Shown here: piece by piece, positions 12,171 to 25,309 of the stretch
Position numbering within the stretch: the stretch's first letter is position 1
Layout: the number at the start of each line of letters is the position of its first letter
NCBI GenBank assembly: GCA_023920165.1
Contig: CP089274.1
Location: forward strand, 5,890,001 to 5,935,961
Direction: 5' to 3'
DNA: 45,961 bases
Source: Curvularia clavata
Lineage: Eukaryota
The notes under the pieces: generated by a model
Told to the model about the DNA's origin: nothing
The model's input: only the letters and a program-made list of their open reading frames with translations
Database searches by the model: none
Program-made: the position numbers and the translations under genes

Positions 12171-14469
12171 ATTGAATATTCGATCCATTCCGTCTTTATA
12201 TCATATATGAGTAATAGCTATATACTTCAGATTCGTCTCAATAGAACAGAAGGCTCAGGCCTTCGCCGCATACACATGTTCTAGCTCAGCCACACCTCGC
12301 TTAGGCTAATGATGTCGATTGTTCAAGACAAACGGTCCTCGCATAATTGCAAGAATAGCAGAGCTGGAGGTTTCGCTGGGAACGAGCCTGTTCGTGAGTA
12401 TTGATCCGGTCTTTACCGACCCATTAATGTCAGTAGTTGTCTGCTGAATACTAGTTTCGATAGCACTGGTGTCTGTTGAGATCATTTGTCCGGTAAACAT
12501 ACGAATCATTATCTAGGTGCTGTTGTCTTCGTCATCATAAATCTTTGCGACTACGTGTTGAGCATTCTAAGCCCGCAACGAAGATCAAACAAGCGACTGA
12601 ACCTATTCTATTTTTAGGAGATTTGATGTTGAGCATTAGTCGGCATACTCAACCCTCTGAACAGCGGACGCATTGGCAGCTGGAGTTTTTACAAACTCTC
12701 CTGATTGGTGAGAGAATTCTCCTAACTCGGTGTACCGTTCGTTTCCTTGTGTATCAAGATTGTAAGTACGAGTTTTCTGTTTTTCGTTGGGGCCTTGGGC
12801 TACGTCTAACGGTTTTAACCGGGAAGCTACACCATCTAAGCCTGCTGGGTAAGGCTGACTGACCGTCTTAGAATCAGCTGCAAGGCGGAGCTGAAGAAGG
12901 ATATGGCCTTGAGTTTGCCAGTCTTCTGATTGAAATCCTCTACCAGCATACCTGTGTCCGAAGGGCGCGCATCTTGTTGTCTCTTCACCGCCGTCGCTTT
13001 CAGGATAGTTTCGGCTAAATACATTATTAGTAAGAACACTTCGTAGCTATCTGAGAGAAATTTAGGAACCATAGACAGTCCATTTATGACAGAATTCATA
13101 GTGTATCTTTGGCGGGATGGAACATATCAGTGTATAAAGAAGCGTGAATTTATTCAAGTGTACCCACGCCTCCTTCTATGTGTAAGGGTGCGGCTCCTCG
13201 ACAGTGTCGCGATATTGGCGCATCGGTGGGCCACTGGATAGAAGAGACCCGTGGATAGACTCCTCAACCTCCCGCTGTGCACCCACACCCATGGCGTAGG
13301 AAGAGCGTTAAAAAGGCATCCTGTGGAAACGTATCACTTGCCTTTATAAATATAGATAGCTGGGAGCCTTAGATGGGCATAAGTCAACCTTACACCTTCC
13401 TTACTCATTGCGCGCTGCTATCAATTTTCTTACACGATGCAGGAAACTAGAGGGGAATTGATCACAGCCGAAAACTTGGCCGAACCTAGTTCTCACATTG
13501 AAGTGCTGTGAATTGGGCGTCTTATACCTAATCTTCAGACATGCCGGCGCTGTGGAACTGAAAAAATCTTGCTATATAATTTCTCTTATGGTAGGACTTG
13601 TAGCATTGACCCAGGCAGTCACGTCGACCTAATTTTGCTCAGAAAATTTGGGACTGGGGACTGCACCTTTCCATTCATCTGGGCATTGTGCCTGTCGCCC
13701 GATATCTTTTCTCATTGGTAGCTTGTTGCCGGGAAAGAATGGCCGTCGCTGTGAGGTAAAGGCACCGTTATCTACGGTGAACCACCCAACTCGTCTGTCA
13801 CGCAAATGAGATTTTGTGCCGTCATCATTCCGATTATGGAAATTTTGATAGATGGCTGGAGACTGAGATAGCTGCACTCCAACATACTGTCACTGCATAG
13901 GAACAACATATATATTGTTCAACACCAGAATGAAGTTGTAACCTTTAGCATCTAGAGTATTTTGCCAAGTCGGTCTTATCGCAGCAAGGAGTGGGGTGGT
14001 TCTTAAGCAGATGATACCCATATGTCGCTCCTTATCGTTTCTAAGCCATTCTGCCGCGTTCAGCGTCACCTTAGATTTGTCATGTTGTCTGCCTAACTCA
14101 GCCGGAACAACTACTCTCCGTCGGTATTTTGTGATAACATCTGCGCGCCCCATCCTCCGCTTTTACGCTAAACTTGAATAAGACATCGAAGTGGACCACC
14201 GAAATCACCTAGCACCAAACCGTAAATCCAAGGTATCATACTTGTGGGATTTCTAAGCAGCTACTAGTAGAACTGCGCGAAGATAGCAAATATGTTCACA
14301 AAATTTGAGATGTTTTGTGATCATTTCAGAGAAAAGAAAGAGAAATCGGGCATGAAGCAAGATGACTGTAAATATAAAGTCATTGGGAAAAGGCTTTGAA
14401 TATTAGCAAAACAGACTCAATCTTTTCAAGCATTTAATCTCCGGGATCTTTTGGTTTGACTCGCAAGTC

Positions 14470-15777
14470 ATGCGCTCTTTAGGGTGGACCGTGTCTCTTC
14501 TCTCCTATCTCGTCGCAACACTCCAAGCCACTCCGTTAAAGGATGATGATCTCAACTATCAACCTCGTCCATGCACTGTCAAGATCAACCCATTCTTGAT
14601 TGAATTGGCCTGTTAGAAAGCAGGTACCTTTCGGCCTATAGCGGATACCTCTGCTCTGGCGTGGTTCGACGGTCCCCCAGCTGCAGACATAGAATCAATC
14701 GCAAGATACTGGGCAGAGGAATACGACTGGCTGTCCATACAGACATCCATGAACAAGAACTTCTCCCTTTCTATACCACTGTTCCGCCACCTGGTGGAGC
14801 ATATAAGGAGCCTGTAAATCTGCACTTCATTTACCAACGCAGTGCACGACCTGATGCCGTTTCAATCCACTTTCTCCACATCTGGCCATCGACCGCTCTC
14901 GAATGGGCAGCCCTGATACCTGGCCTTGTTTCTCTGGACAACCACGGCTAACCTGCATTCCATATCGTCGCGCCTGACATTCCTGGCTTCGGTTTTTCCC
15001 CTGCATTGAACAGCTCTCGCGTCGGTGTCGGTCGTACCGAATATGCAGCCATATTCGCTTCATTGATGCAACAGCTTGGATATAAGAAATATGCTGTCTA
15101 CAGCACGGACATGGAGACGGCAATTACGCTGGACCTTACGGTCGATTACCCTGAGCGTATTGTGCAGCACATAACAGATTTCTATATCACTTTCGCCAGC
15201 CCCGCAGATCAGGCGAGGTATGTTTCGAACCAGACGTCTGGGGAGGGAAACGAATATATTGAGTCGATCAACTCGTCTCTTAGTACAGACGGTGCCTACT
15301 CATCTATTCAATCAACATACCCATCACCTTTAGCGTTTGCAATGGATTATAGCCCTGTAGGATTCCTAGCATGGAATTGTTTTCTTTCTTCGACGGCTAA
15401 TGACCGCCCATATGGAAAAGCAGAGATCACCACGAACACATTGCTTTTATGGGATGAGGGCGTGTATAGCAGCATTAGGACCTATAAGGAGCTGTTTAGT
15501 AGCACTATGTTCTTACCAGAGACGAAATTCACTGTTCCAACGAGCGTGTTACAATTTGGAAGCCTGCGGCTCTATCCTAAGCTTGCCAGCTTCAATTTTG
15601 TCGTAAGTCCATAACCTCGAACCTTGAAAATGGGGACTAACAATGGCGTAGCCACGCGGATAGGTGGAGAGAACAGCGAATGTTACGTATTTCGCTCGTG
15701 AAAGTGAGGGCCGGGATTTTCCTGCGGTAACGGTACCAGATATGGTTGTAAAGCATATTAGGGCTACTTTTAGTTAG
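14470..15777 (+). pseudogene. Secreted epoxide hydrolase (EHN + alpha/beta hydrolase) pseudogene
   Basis: Signal peptide, YWAEEYDW, LHFI, HIWPS, FHIVAPDIPGFGFS, LMQQLGY. In-frame TAG at 14614, a frameshift near 14765, TAA at 14949, TAG in the last exon, and GGHF degenerated to GRDF. Confidence 0.85.
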
Positions 15778-16025
15778 TATAGGGACTTTATAACCAAGTT
15801 CATATACCCTCGAGTCCAGGATAATGTACCTTATGTGCTGGAACATTAGAAGTATGGACATTGAGTAAAAGTAATATCAACCTTTTGGCGAGAAGTCGAT
15901 CCATACAAGAATATCTAATCCAGCATATAAACAGACTATACATTCAAGCTGTGCTTGCTGAGTTGTTGATTCCCTTCCCTTGCTTCAAATTCTCTTTCCT
16001 TCAGAACATCGCAAGATTCCATCCG

Positions 16026-16538
16026 CTAAACGCCACGCATACCCACAGCTCCTAGATTTACAAATGCGATAGCGGCGCCTGTTACGAGCATAGTTGAAGT
16101 CCTGCTCACCGTACCGGTCGCTAATCCAAGCAGGACGCTACCAATATCGAGCAAGTCCGTTGCTATGCCAGCCCACAAGGCCCTTTTGAGCTCGTGCCTG
16201 CCACTGTCTGGCAGTTTCTTGTTTCCAGCAGTCCAAAGCAATTCTCCTAGCACAAGATCTCGACCACCAAAAAGTCGGGGCAACAGCGCATAAGCTGCGG
16301 GTACGTCTATCTTGACTGATAGCAGCAACAATTAGTTTTTAAGTCAAGAGATCACCATGAAAGGCGTGAAAAGCGTACAGAGCCCAGAGGCGAAGCATGG
16401 CGCAACTAAGCAACTTGCCCCGAAACCAATGCGCAGGACCGCCAGAACATTGACGGCTACATTGGACATTGAGTTCGTGCCTCCATTCTTATTGGCAGGA
16501 AGAAGCGGCTCGTTCTGACTATAACTGGATGAAGACAT
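16026..16538 (-). CDS. Small multi-pass membrane protein (DUF4267-like; exons 16538-16379, 16315-16026)
   Basis: Two ORF pieces join in frame through intron GTACGC..CTAAT..CAG. Motifs RIGFG..AP, RLFGGRDLVLG, ATDLLD, with about 4 hydrophobic segments. Confidence 0.75.
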
Positions 16539-17157
16539 TATTCGCTCTGTTGCATTAGGTCAGCAATCAGCCACTTATGTATCGAATGACTGACCAAATT
16601 TCGGGTTGATGATCGAGTATTGAGAGGGTAGATGGGGTTTCCTAGTACAGCACCACTGTGGGAGAAGCCGGGCCTTAATGAACTCCGGTTGCCTTACGCT
16701 CTCAAAGACCATCACGTTAAGTGATTGCAAAACTAGCAATGATCGCTCTTAGCACTAAAACAGCCATTACGATATGATCGCAACTACGCCTCTAGGCTGC
16801 AACTAGAGGTCAGCTCAACTAGCATTCTTCGCTAATGACGTCTGATTTATTTCTAGATACAGTGCATGGTAAAACGCAAATCGATATTCCTTCCTCACGG
16901 CTTCCTGCAAAATCAGCATCCTAATGCTCTCTTCTTGAGCTTTCTATCTGTCCGAGCTCGCGAACTGCTGCCTCATTTCCCAGGCAGCCGGGGGAATAGT
17001 TGTCCCGAAACCGGCCTAGTGCCTTTCTAACATAACGTTATGCTCGGCACCCCACCAACAACATCGCACTCCCGTGTCTAGTCCAAACATTGCGTTGTTC
17101 AACTCCTTGCAGTAAATTGCATGATATCAACATTGTTGTCAGATAAAATTAGCCATT

Positions 17158-18549
17158 ATGCCTGCAGAGAAGAGGAGGAAGACAGCAACCCCAGCGGCTG
17201 TGCCGGAGCTTGGCAATCCAGGTAGGTAGCTGAGTTTGTGTATCTAACCTGTGGACTCGCCATGGGTGAGAAGTAGAAGGGCGTGGATTTTGGTTTGTTG
17301 TTATTGACCTGGAGCAATCGCGCTGTTTGTTGTGCATCAGTCTGCCAATATGTGCTAACAGTAGGCGGAAAGACCGGAAACGAGTCCTTAATGTACTTGC
17401 GCAACGGAGATATCGTAAGGGCTCCAAGGTCTATACTGTTCATCCACTTATATGCTGACCTCAAGTGAAGGTCAAAGGCGCCGGGATAGGATTGCGTCTC
17501 TGGAATCTAAAAAAACCTCTCAGAATGGCAGCCAATCTCCCATTGAGTTGAACGCCACACCAGTTCTGGAGCATGCAGCCAATCTCGGGCCCTCGACTAC
17601 CAGTCCTGAAGACATCTTAGGTGTCGAAGAGCACACTTCTCCCTCTTTCGACGGTGATTTGATGGCGTTCGATGCCATTGATGCCATCGATATCGACTTT
17701 AACCCATTTAGTGGCTTTAGTAAGCCTGCATACCTGACTCTAATGACATCAACATCATCTATTTGCTGACCATCTAAAAGATTTCCAAGACCCGGCCACA
17801 GCCCTCGCCATATACGGAACGTCAAACAACTCGGCTGCAGTAGCATTACCAAAACCCAATACTCTTGTGTCATCCAGTTCCTCCGTAGACCCCGATTCCG
17901 AACCCTCATCCATCGTCTTCCCACTAACCCCAGACGTAAACATCGACGTTCCTCTAATGCCCACCTTACGAGCCTTTATGACAGCGGCATCTCTTCTCAA
18001 CATCGTCTCAAATATCTTCGACCCCTTCGCACTGCACACGTCACCACCTACGCCGCACCCATCCCTTCCACCCAATCTCCACCCCGTCCGCGCACAGATC
18101 TTGATCCCGCACCATCCAGCACTGGACATAATCCCATGGCCCTCAGTACGCGAGAAGCTGATCTGTATGCGTGAGTACCATTCTGCCTCTTCTTCTCCCC
18201 TTCTCCATCCTTTTTGTTAGCCTGACGCTTGAGACACAACACCTGACGTGGAAGACAACCAGTACACCTCCCCTCCTCTCAGCGCCCACCGATCGCGCGC
18301 GGCACCCGCGGAGAAGCTATCCAGCGCATCATAGACGACATCGACGACTATTCCTCTGGGTGGCGCGTCCACGGCAACACTGCAGGCTGGTCTTCGCACC
18401 ATGAAATGGCCGAGGAGAGCTGGGAGATAGGTGACGCGTTCTATCAACACTGGTGGTTTTGTTTAGACAGCAGAATAATCTCGATCACGAATGCGCGGAG
18501 GAGGGAGAGGGGATTGACAGAGCTGAAGTTGGATGATGTAGGAAGTTGA
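17158..18549 (+). CDS. bZIP-like / DUF3425 transcription factor (multi-exon)
   Basis: Spliced basic region RKRVLNVLAQRRYRQRRRDRIASLE. DUF3425-type PPNLHP..Q..IPHHPALDIIPWPSVREKLI and SWEIGDAFYQHWWF..TNARRRERG. Exact exon borders are partly uncertain. Confidence 0.85.
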
Positions 18550-20057
18550 TAGAGTTGATACATATATCGTTTTGAACATGGAACCTAGAAGTAATACGCT
18601 CTCGAATGCAATACTAGTGAATCTAAAGCAAAAAAGAAGGGATAGGAAAGAGTAATGTTTAGGCGCTAATACTAAAAAGCCATACTTCCAGGTTAACTCC
18701 GCCACCGGCCTCGTTCTCGTCGTTGCTGTAGCAGTGGTACCTCAGTACGGTGGATTACATTACGGGGAATTCGGTTAATGGCTACTGGTCCTGGTGGAAA
18801 TCAGTTTTGAACTGTACGCAGCCTTTCTTATAGCGGTGGTTTTCAACCTTGATGCGCTTTTTACCACGTAGTCCTTCAGCTTTAGGTGGAAGTATTGCGC
18901 CAGTGTAAGGGCGCGATCCCTCGACAATGCCGCGAAATCAACGCACTGATAGGCTACTAGATATATGAGACCCGTGGACAGACTACCCAACCCCCCACTA
19001 TACAACCACAGTGTAAGAAGAGCGTCGAGAAAGTGTTTGGTAGAAATGTATTACTTGCCTTCCCCTCAGGCCAATTGAGGGATTAGCCATGTTAAGAGAG
19101 AATTTGCCTCATGCTAATGGCAGCAAACAACAGTGCATTGAACCAGGTTCTGGAAAATGTTGAGAAGCCGTTCGCGCAAGGACCTATTGTCGTCCAAAAT
19201 CCCCTATCGAGGCTTCAGAGCCTCGTAACTGACCAGTTTACGAACCTCAGCCCGATACCATTATCGACCGGATGTAATGCTCAAAGATACAGGTAAACTC
19301 GTCACCGCAGCGCTCAACGTAGTCACAGTGGTAGCGACCAAGATCTAGAGAAGATAGACGAGTCGATCGAAATTGCGGCTCTCTTGTAATTGTACAACCT
19401 AACTGAGGAAAATCTCTCTATACTAGACGTCGTATGTCTCATTGGAGGAATTCCTTGCATACTAATCTACAATGTCCCCACTAACACAACTTTTCCACCG
19501 CCAATCAACACGTGCAAGAGATTATCGGCGCTCAAAACTTCGCGAACATAAATAGACTCTTTTCTGCACGGATGTTGCGCTCCAGCAACGTCACAGCCAA
19601 AGATACTTTCAACATTAGTCACCATCACACCACTGTCATCATATTTAAATTCGTCTGGCTCGCCGACAGCACACCTCCACATGAACCACGTGGAAAGATT
19701 CCAAGGCGCAAGGGAACGTCAACACCAAAAGCCCCTACATCGCATTCAGAGAATCCTTGCTCTACCTCAGTCCGAGCACCTCAAGCGGTGGAACCCTGTA
19801 GTATAAAATATACTGACGTCGATCTGTCTGCTCAAGACCGGCGTACACGCCTATTCGCCTATGATTGAGTTAGTACTGAATGCAGTCTGATCCTGGCCGT
19901 TATGGGAGCCACCCCACCAGAGCCGGACAAAACGCGGACTAAACTGGTGCCACCTTTACCTGGTGGATACTATCCCAAATCAGGCAATCATAACAGGAGA
20001 AGTCATTTATAAAGGTTGTCCGGACTTGCTTAAAACTAATAGCAAAGCATATATTTT

Positions 20058-21083
20058 ATGATGTCTAAACCAAAGGTACTCATCATTGATTGCGGCGCCG
20101 TAGGCTTAAGTCAGGGTTATCACCTCTCCATCGGCGCAGACATCACCTACCTTGTACGGCCTGGTCGCAAACCAGCATTTCTGGCCCCAAAACAACTCTA
20201 CGCCTACAATACGAATGAACTACATACTTTCTCATCGTACCATGTCATCGAGTCGGTCGCCGAGGTCAAAGGCGAGACCTTCGCTTTCATCTTCGATACC
20301 TTGGATGGACACACAGCACGCTCAGAAAATGGAGTCGCAACCATCCGCTCAGTAGGAGATCTCATAAATGAGTCGCAGAACAACTAGTGCTTTGTCCTCT
20401 ACGATGCCGTCGGCTTAGATATAGATGAACACTACGCCAGTAATCTGCGCGTGCCGAAGTCTCGTCTTTTAATGGCAGCAAGCATGCTTGGGCATCAACC
20501 TACCCCCCGAATATCAGTACCTGCTACAGCAAACAAAGATCTTGTAGCCAAGGCAGATATGCTGTATGCTACTGCAATGCCCGGTGTAGGCCTTCTGATA
20601 GTCAATACCCAAACCGCGCTCATCAAGAAAGTCTCTGCGATCTACGACTTGAATGGCGTGCTCGTCATCAGCACACTTCCTGCCTTCATCATCGGCCCGT
20701 TCCAGCCCATTTCAATCCTCCAACTTGTCGTCTGGGATATTGATGGCTTCGGACCGTTTTCGCGCCTCCGTTCTAACACCAAACTCTGGAGCTTGCTTCT
20801 GCGAGCTCAAACTGAAATTCTACGACTCCCACGACACGGCTGGACGGGCTGGTTTCTCTCGCTCGTAATGGGCGGCTGGGCGACGGAGAAGGTGATGACG
20901 CTCCCTATAGAAGGCTCGAAGCCGCTTGTTTACCATGAGTTCAATGCGTTTCACCATGGGGGTAAAGTTGCGAAGCAGGATCTTGTGATCATGGAAGAGC
21001 TGTTGCATGACGGGGAGCAGTCGGGAACAAAGATGGAAGCATTGCGGGAAATTGTGACGAGGGCAAGGGCATTGCGTTCATGA
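20058..21083 (+). pseudogene. Ketopantoate reductase (ApbA)-like oxidoreductase with one in-frame stop
   Basis: ORFs 20058-20387 and 20451-21083 are in the same frame, separated only by TAG 20385-20387. N-terminal Rossmann-like VLIIDCGAVG..ITYLVRPGR and C-terminal FNAFHHGGKV. Confidence 0.75.
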
Positions 21084-21139
21084 AGTCTGAGTCGGCAAGT
21101 TGTCAGGATCTGGCCTAGTCTGGGTCAATCTAGCCTAGG

Positions 21140-22415
21140 CTAGGTATAAAGCCTCAAGCTTAAAATGCTGACTCAAGTGTTATCTGCACCACCTTCGGCG
21201 CTGTTTCCTGCCCTATATCTTCCTCTCTACTCTTTTCTCTTTGCTTCTTGTTGCAAATCTGCAGAGTTAAATCAACCAATTCAGTCGTACTTCGATTGCT
21301 ACTCAAGCTATTCAGTTATAGTATTTTGCCTAAGCTGGCTGGCTGTTTGGATCAACTTAGTATCTACTATTGTCGTATCTGGAAAAGAACGTTGTTTCTT
21401 CCTTTTTTTGCTCTGTTCGTGCATTTGCACTGCTTGAAGCCGCTCTTGCACTTGAGCGATCGCAGTAGTTTATAAACTTTATCGTGATGTAAGATACATG
21501 GTCGTCAAGATTAAGCATTTTCGATGTACTTGATCGCTGGTTCGTACAGCGACCAAACACCTGCTCAAGCCAAGCTAGCTATATGTCGTCGTTTGACCAG
21601 CCTGATATAGATGTTGAGATAAAAACCTTATGCCTTCCAGCCTCTATATCTTTCACACAAGATGATCTGGTCGCTTCTTTAACTGGCGCATATATCAGCC
21701 CTGACGGCAATAACTTACCATTGGCGCAGTAGCAGGTTTGAACTGTGATAAACCTGCGCAAGCCATCTCGATTCAATGCTCTGACTTTCTTTTGCCACTG
21801 GCGTTTACTAAATATCACCTTGCTCCTCCTAACAACCCCGATAGGGAAGCCCTTCTCATCAATGTTGTAGACATCTCGAGCTTCAAGCTGGGATTGGGTG
21901 ATCTTCTAGTGTAGCAGCTTGAAGCAGAGTCTATACTTTGACTTGGAATAGATTAGGTAGCGACTAGGTAGCGCGTATAGTCCATATCGCTAGTCAACTT
22001 AGAGACAAAATGGACCTTGTATCCATAACCAAGCTCTCGCTAAGCTGTTGATAGTCTACTTTGAAGAGAAAGTATGGATTTTTTCTTTAATAGAGGGCAT
22101 GGAATTCCTTGTTAAGCTTCTAATCTACCTCACAAGCTCTGATTTGCGTTGAGCTCTGATTTTAAGGTGGTGGGATGCGTGGGTCTCTCTTGATGCCCAG
22201 ACACCTTGGTATCTCCGCCATAGCGTAGCTCTGTGTATGCGGTGCGTATCGGCTATTCCTAGGTACCAAAATTGTTCGCCTCACTCTAGAGATCTCATAT
22301 GTGCAACTGCATCTTGAGATGCTCCTATATCGGTAGAGTCGGAGTGCGTTGAAGTTGAAGGTCGATCCGTTGTTTTCGTGGTTTGGCGATTTTCGCGCGC
22401 ACGGGCAATTCCATC
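21140..22415 (-). mobile_element. Degenerate Tc1/mariner pogo/Fot1-type DDE transposase relic (ends approximate)
   Basis: Minus-strand translation DVYNIDEKGF..IG, LPSGLIY, SISGWSNDDI*LAWLEQVF, LNLDDHVSY, with many stops and frameshifts. TIRs not confidently identified. Confidence 0.85.
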
Positions 22416-23002
22416 AAAATTGTGCTACAGCAGCCGTTAGGCCCCAGTAAACGGCACATGTTACTGCAATTCCTATATTCTGGTGGAGATGCTTGAGAGA
22501 GCGTTGTATTCCCCTGTCTGCCCCGCCCAAAGCGATGCCCAGTGTCTTCGACGCCAGCCTAATCTGACCTGAGCGGATCAGCCGTGGCGCCGCCGATCTT
22601 TCGACGTCTGCACTGAGCTGACTGACCGTCCCTGTCGTCAAATTTGCGTTCCCAGGCACTGTTCGCAGCTACTCGGCGATGATCCATCCGGCAGCCGGCA
22701 GAACCACGGCACGCGTTCATCGGCAGACGCTAGTGTGGTTCTTGGACACACGTAGCGGGTGGTGGCGTTAACCATGGCATCTAGAACCTGGCAGACTAAC
22801 TTGTGATTCATCAATCTGAGCCGCGCATATCGTTTGATTCAGGACAAGGTTCGCACTATGCCTCACAGGGTTTCAGGCTCTTCTGAGGCAATCTTTGTGC
22901 GAGTGAGTATGTAAACTGAGCCGCCCCTATACAAGTTCCAATGGGCTATTCTTCCTCAGTCGAGTGCCCGGGCAGAGCAAATCTGTAACGGTGGTTGAAA
23001 AG

Positions 23003-24483
23003 ATGCAGATTCGAAAACTGTTAGCAGCTGTGCTGTGTACACAGGTAATCGAGATTAGTGTTGCTGCGCTGGACGACATTCGAAGTATGGACTTGCGGGC
23101 TTTGTCAATTGATGATATACCACTCTGTGGTGTACGTCTCCAACTATCTATACGTTTTAGAAATTTCCAAATACATTTTAGACTGACAATGCATCCAGTT
23201 GAGCTGCCTTTTCCTTACTGTGCCACCCACTGGCTGCGCTCTCAACGACTACGACTGCCAATGCCAGAACGTCGAACTCGCGCACACACTTTCGGCCTGC
23301 ATGCTGGCAAATTGCACCATGGCCGACAGCCTAAATACTGCGAAAGTACAGCAAGATCTCTGCCATCTGTCCAATGAGTCAAAGCAACAGGATGTTTACA
23401 TTTATACAATCACTTGCTATACGATCGCCGCAAGCTTTGTGCTCCTGCGGGTTATTGGTAGAATGGTAACAAGAAGATTTGCTCTTGACGATTACATCGT
23501 GGTTGCAGCACTACTCCTCACAGCAGTTCCTCTAGGAATCGTGCTCAAGATGGCTGGAGTGGGCTTTGGCGAACACCTGTGGAATCTTCAAGAGGGACAA
23601 CTGCTCCAGAACCTGCGACTCTTCTACGTTGCATGGATAACCTACACATTTGTACTTGGACTCACCAAAATATCCCTAACATTGTTATACAAAGAGGTCT
23701 TCACATCGCCAGGCGCTCGGCTAGGATCTTTGGTACTCCTAGGTTGGATTGCCATCAACACTTTGATTCTGATATTCCTTACAATCTTCAATTGTAGCCC
23801 TGTAAGTGCATTCTGGGACCGCGACATCAAGCACGCCAAGTGCTTTGACATTAATATCATCGCATACTCGAACAGTGCATCTGCGATTGCCCAGGATGTT
23901 GCTCTGTTGATTTTTCCTTTGGCATGTATTCGGACGCTTAACATGAAAAGATGGCGCAAGATAATGGTGGGCTTCATGTTCGCTATTGGAACATTGTACG
24001 TATTTTCCATCGTTGTTTAAGAAAAATGGGAACTAATAGAAGCAAAGTGGGTGCATAGCCACTATAGTCCGTCTACACACAATTGTAACCTTCAGGACCA
24101 CAATCGACCCCACTTGGGACTACGTTCCCATAACTGTATGGACAGAAATTGAGCTTGCTTGCTGTTTCGCTTGCCTCTCCTTGCCCGCAATCCGCATGTT
24201 GCTTAGACGCATCCTACCCGACAATTTCTTCTCAACTGTCACCTCGCGATATCGCTCGTTTTTAGCCACCGTCCCAGATCTAGGAGTTAAAAGCACGGAG
24301 CCTAAACCTATACCAACTAGCAGAGGATTTGGAAGCTGGATGCAGATCTCATCGGACCATGACCAAGTTACTGGAACGTCGAGCGAAATGGATGTATTAA
24401 GTAGAGCATCGATAGATAAGCTGAGTCCAGAGAGTCGTAGAGAGGAAGCGCGCATCGAAAAGGCAAAAAATCCAGATGTGTAG
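23003..24483 (+). CDS. CFEM-domain PTH11-like G-protein-coupled receptor (exons 23003-23131, 23199-23995, 24048-24483)
   Basis: Signal peptide; CFEM spacing IPLCGLSC..GC..DYDCQC..CMLANC; PTH11 motifs LDDY, GFGEHLW, TKISL, CSPVSAFWD, QDV..P, WTEIE..CLSLP. Two canonical introns. Confidence 0.93.
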
Positions 24484-24806
24484 GGAGCAATACTGCCAAT
24501 CCCACAAGACTATCCGCAGACATTTAGCTCTATGTAGACTCGCTATACTTCTTAGGGTATGCTATAGGTCGACAATTCATATTGTCATGTTTCTAAGATA
24601 CATGTCTGCAGATATTTATAGGGTTATAGTAATTATCCGTGTTCAAATTATTGGACGAATTATAGACAGCAATACATATTGTGTAAATCTAATGTCGCAT
24701 GGACTTTTCTAAAAAAAAAAGTAAACTAAATGTTCTATACTGATAGCGAAGTTGTATAAATACACAAACACGTGGTATATAGACTGTAAAAACTTTGTCA
24801 GCACAC

Positions 24807-25309
24807 TTAGCAGCCCTTGGCTTGAGTTGTTCCATGACAGTTACTTGCGTCCTCTAACAACCACCTAAACGCACGAGTCAATCAGTGGCACTTTAAGGAT
24901 GCTAACTGTATACTTACTCTCCACATGCTTTACAACCTGCCTTCTGATAAATCCCAACATGGAATACATTTTTGATGTCAGCCCCATCTTCCACTGGGTA
25001 CGCACCATTGGAGTACCATTTTGCATAGCACTCGCCAACTATGAATCTCTGATCTGCTCAAGATAGAATTAAAATCAATCAAAGTCATGGTTTGCCTCAA
25101 CATACGCGAGTTATAGTTAAAACCGCTTTTAATCTGGTCAACATCGGGAAAGTTTCCCATAAATTTGTTAGATAAGTTACATTTGCCGCATCCATTACAG
25201 TTTCCAAAATTTCGTTTGCTGAGCGACCATGAAGGATTTTCGCTGACTGCGGTAGGAGAGGCAAAATAAACCCCCACCATAGCAATCAAAAATATAATAG
25301 ATTTTATGA
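24807..25309 (-). pseudogene. Small secreted Cys-rich KP4-killer-toxin-like protein with damaged start codon (exons ~25309-25106, 25053-24918, 24864-24807)
   Basis: Two 52-53 nt GT-AG introns splice to an uninterrupted frame: [M]KIYYIFLIAMVGVYFASPTA..SKR|NFGNCNGCGKC..GECYAKW..GADIK..GCKACGE..NCHG..GC*, with 8 Cys in the mature part. The start reads CAATC-AT-AAAATC, one base short of ATG AAA ATC. Confidence 0.7.

Noticed and set aside
12306..13099. Minus-strand coding-like fragments downstream of PLC
   Set aside because: Probably a gene relic with stops and frameshifts, but no family is recognisable, so no call is supportable.
18650..19500. Possible degenerate coding sequence after the bZIP gene
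   Set aside because: No consistent frame or identifiable motif.
22414..22760. GC-rich short minus ORF beside the transposase relic
   Set aside because: No recognisable domain or TIR; could be a fragment but is unsupported.
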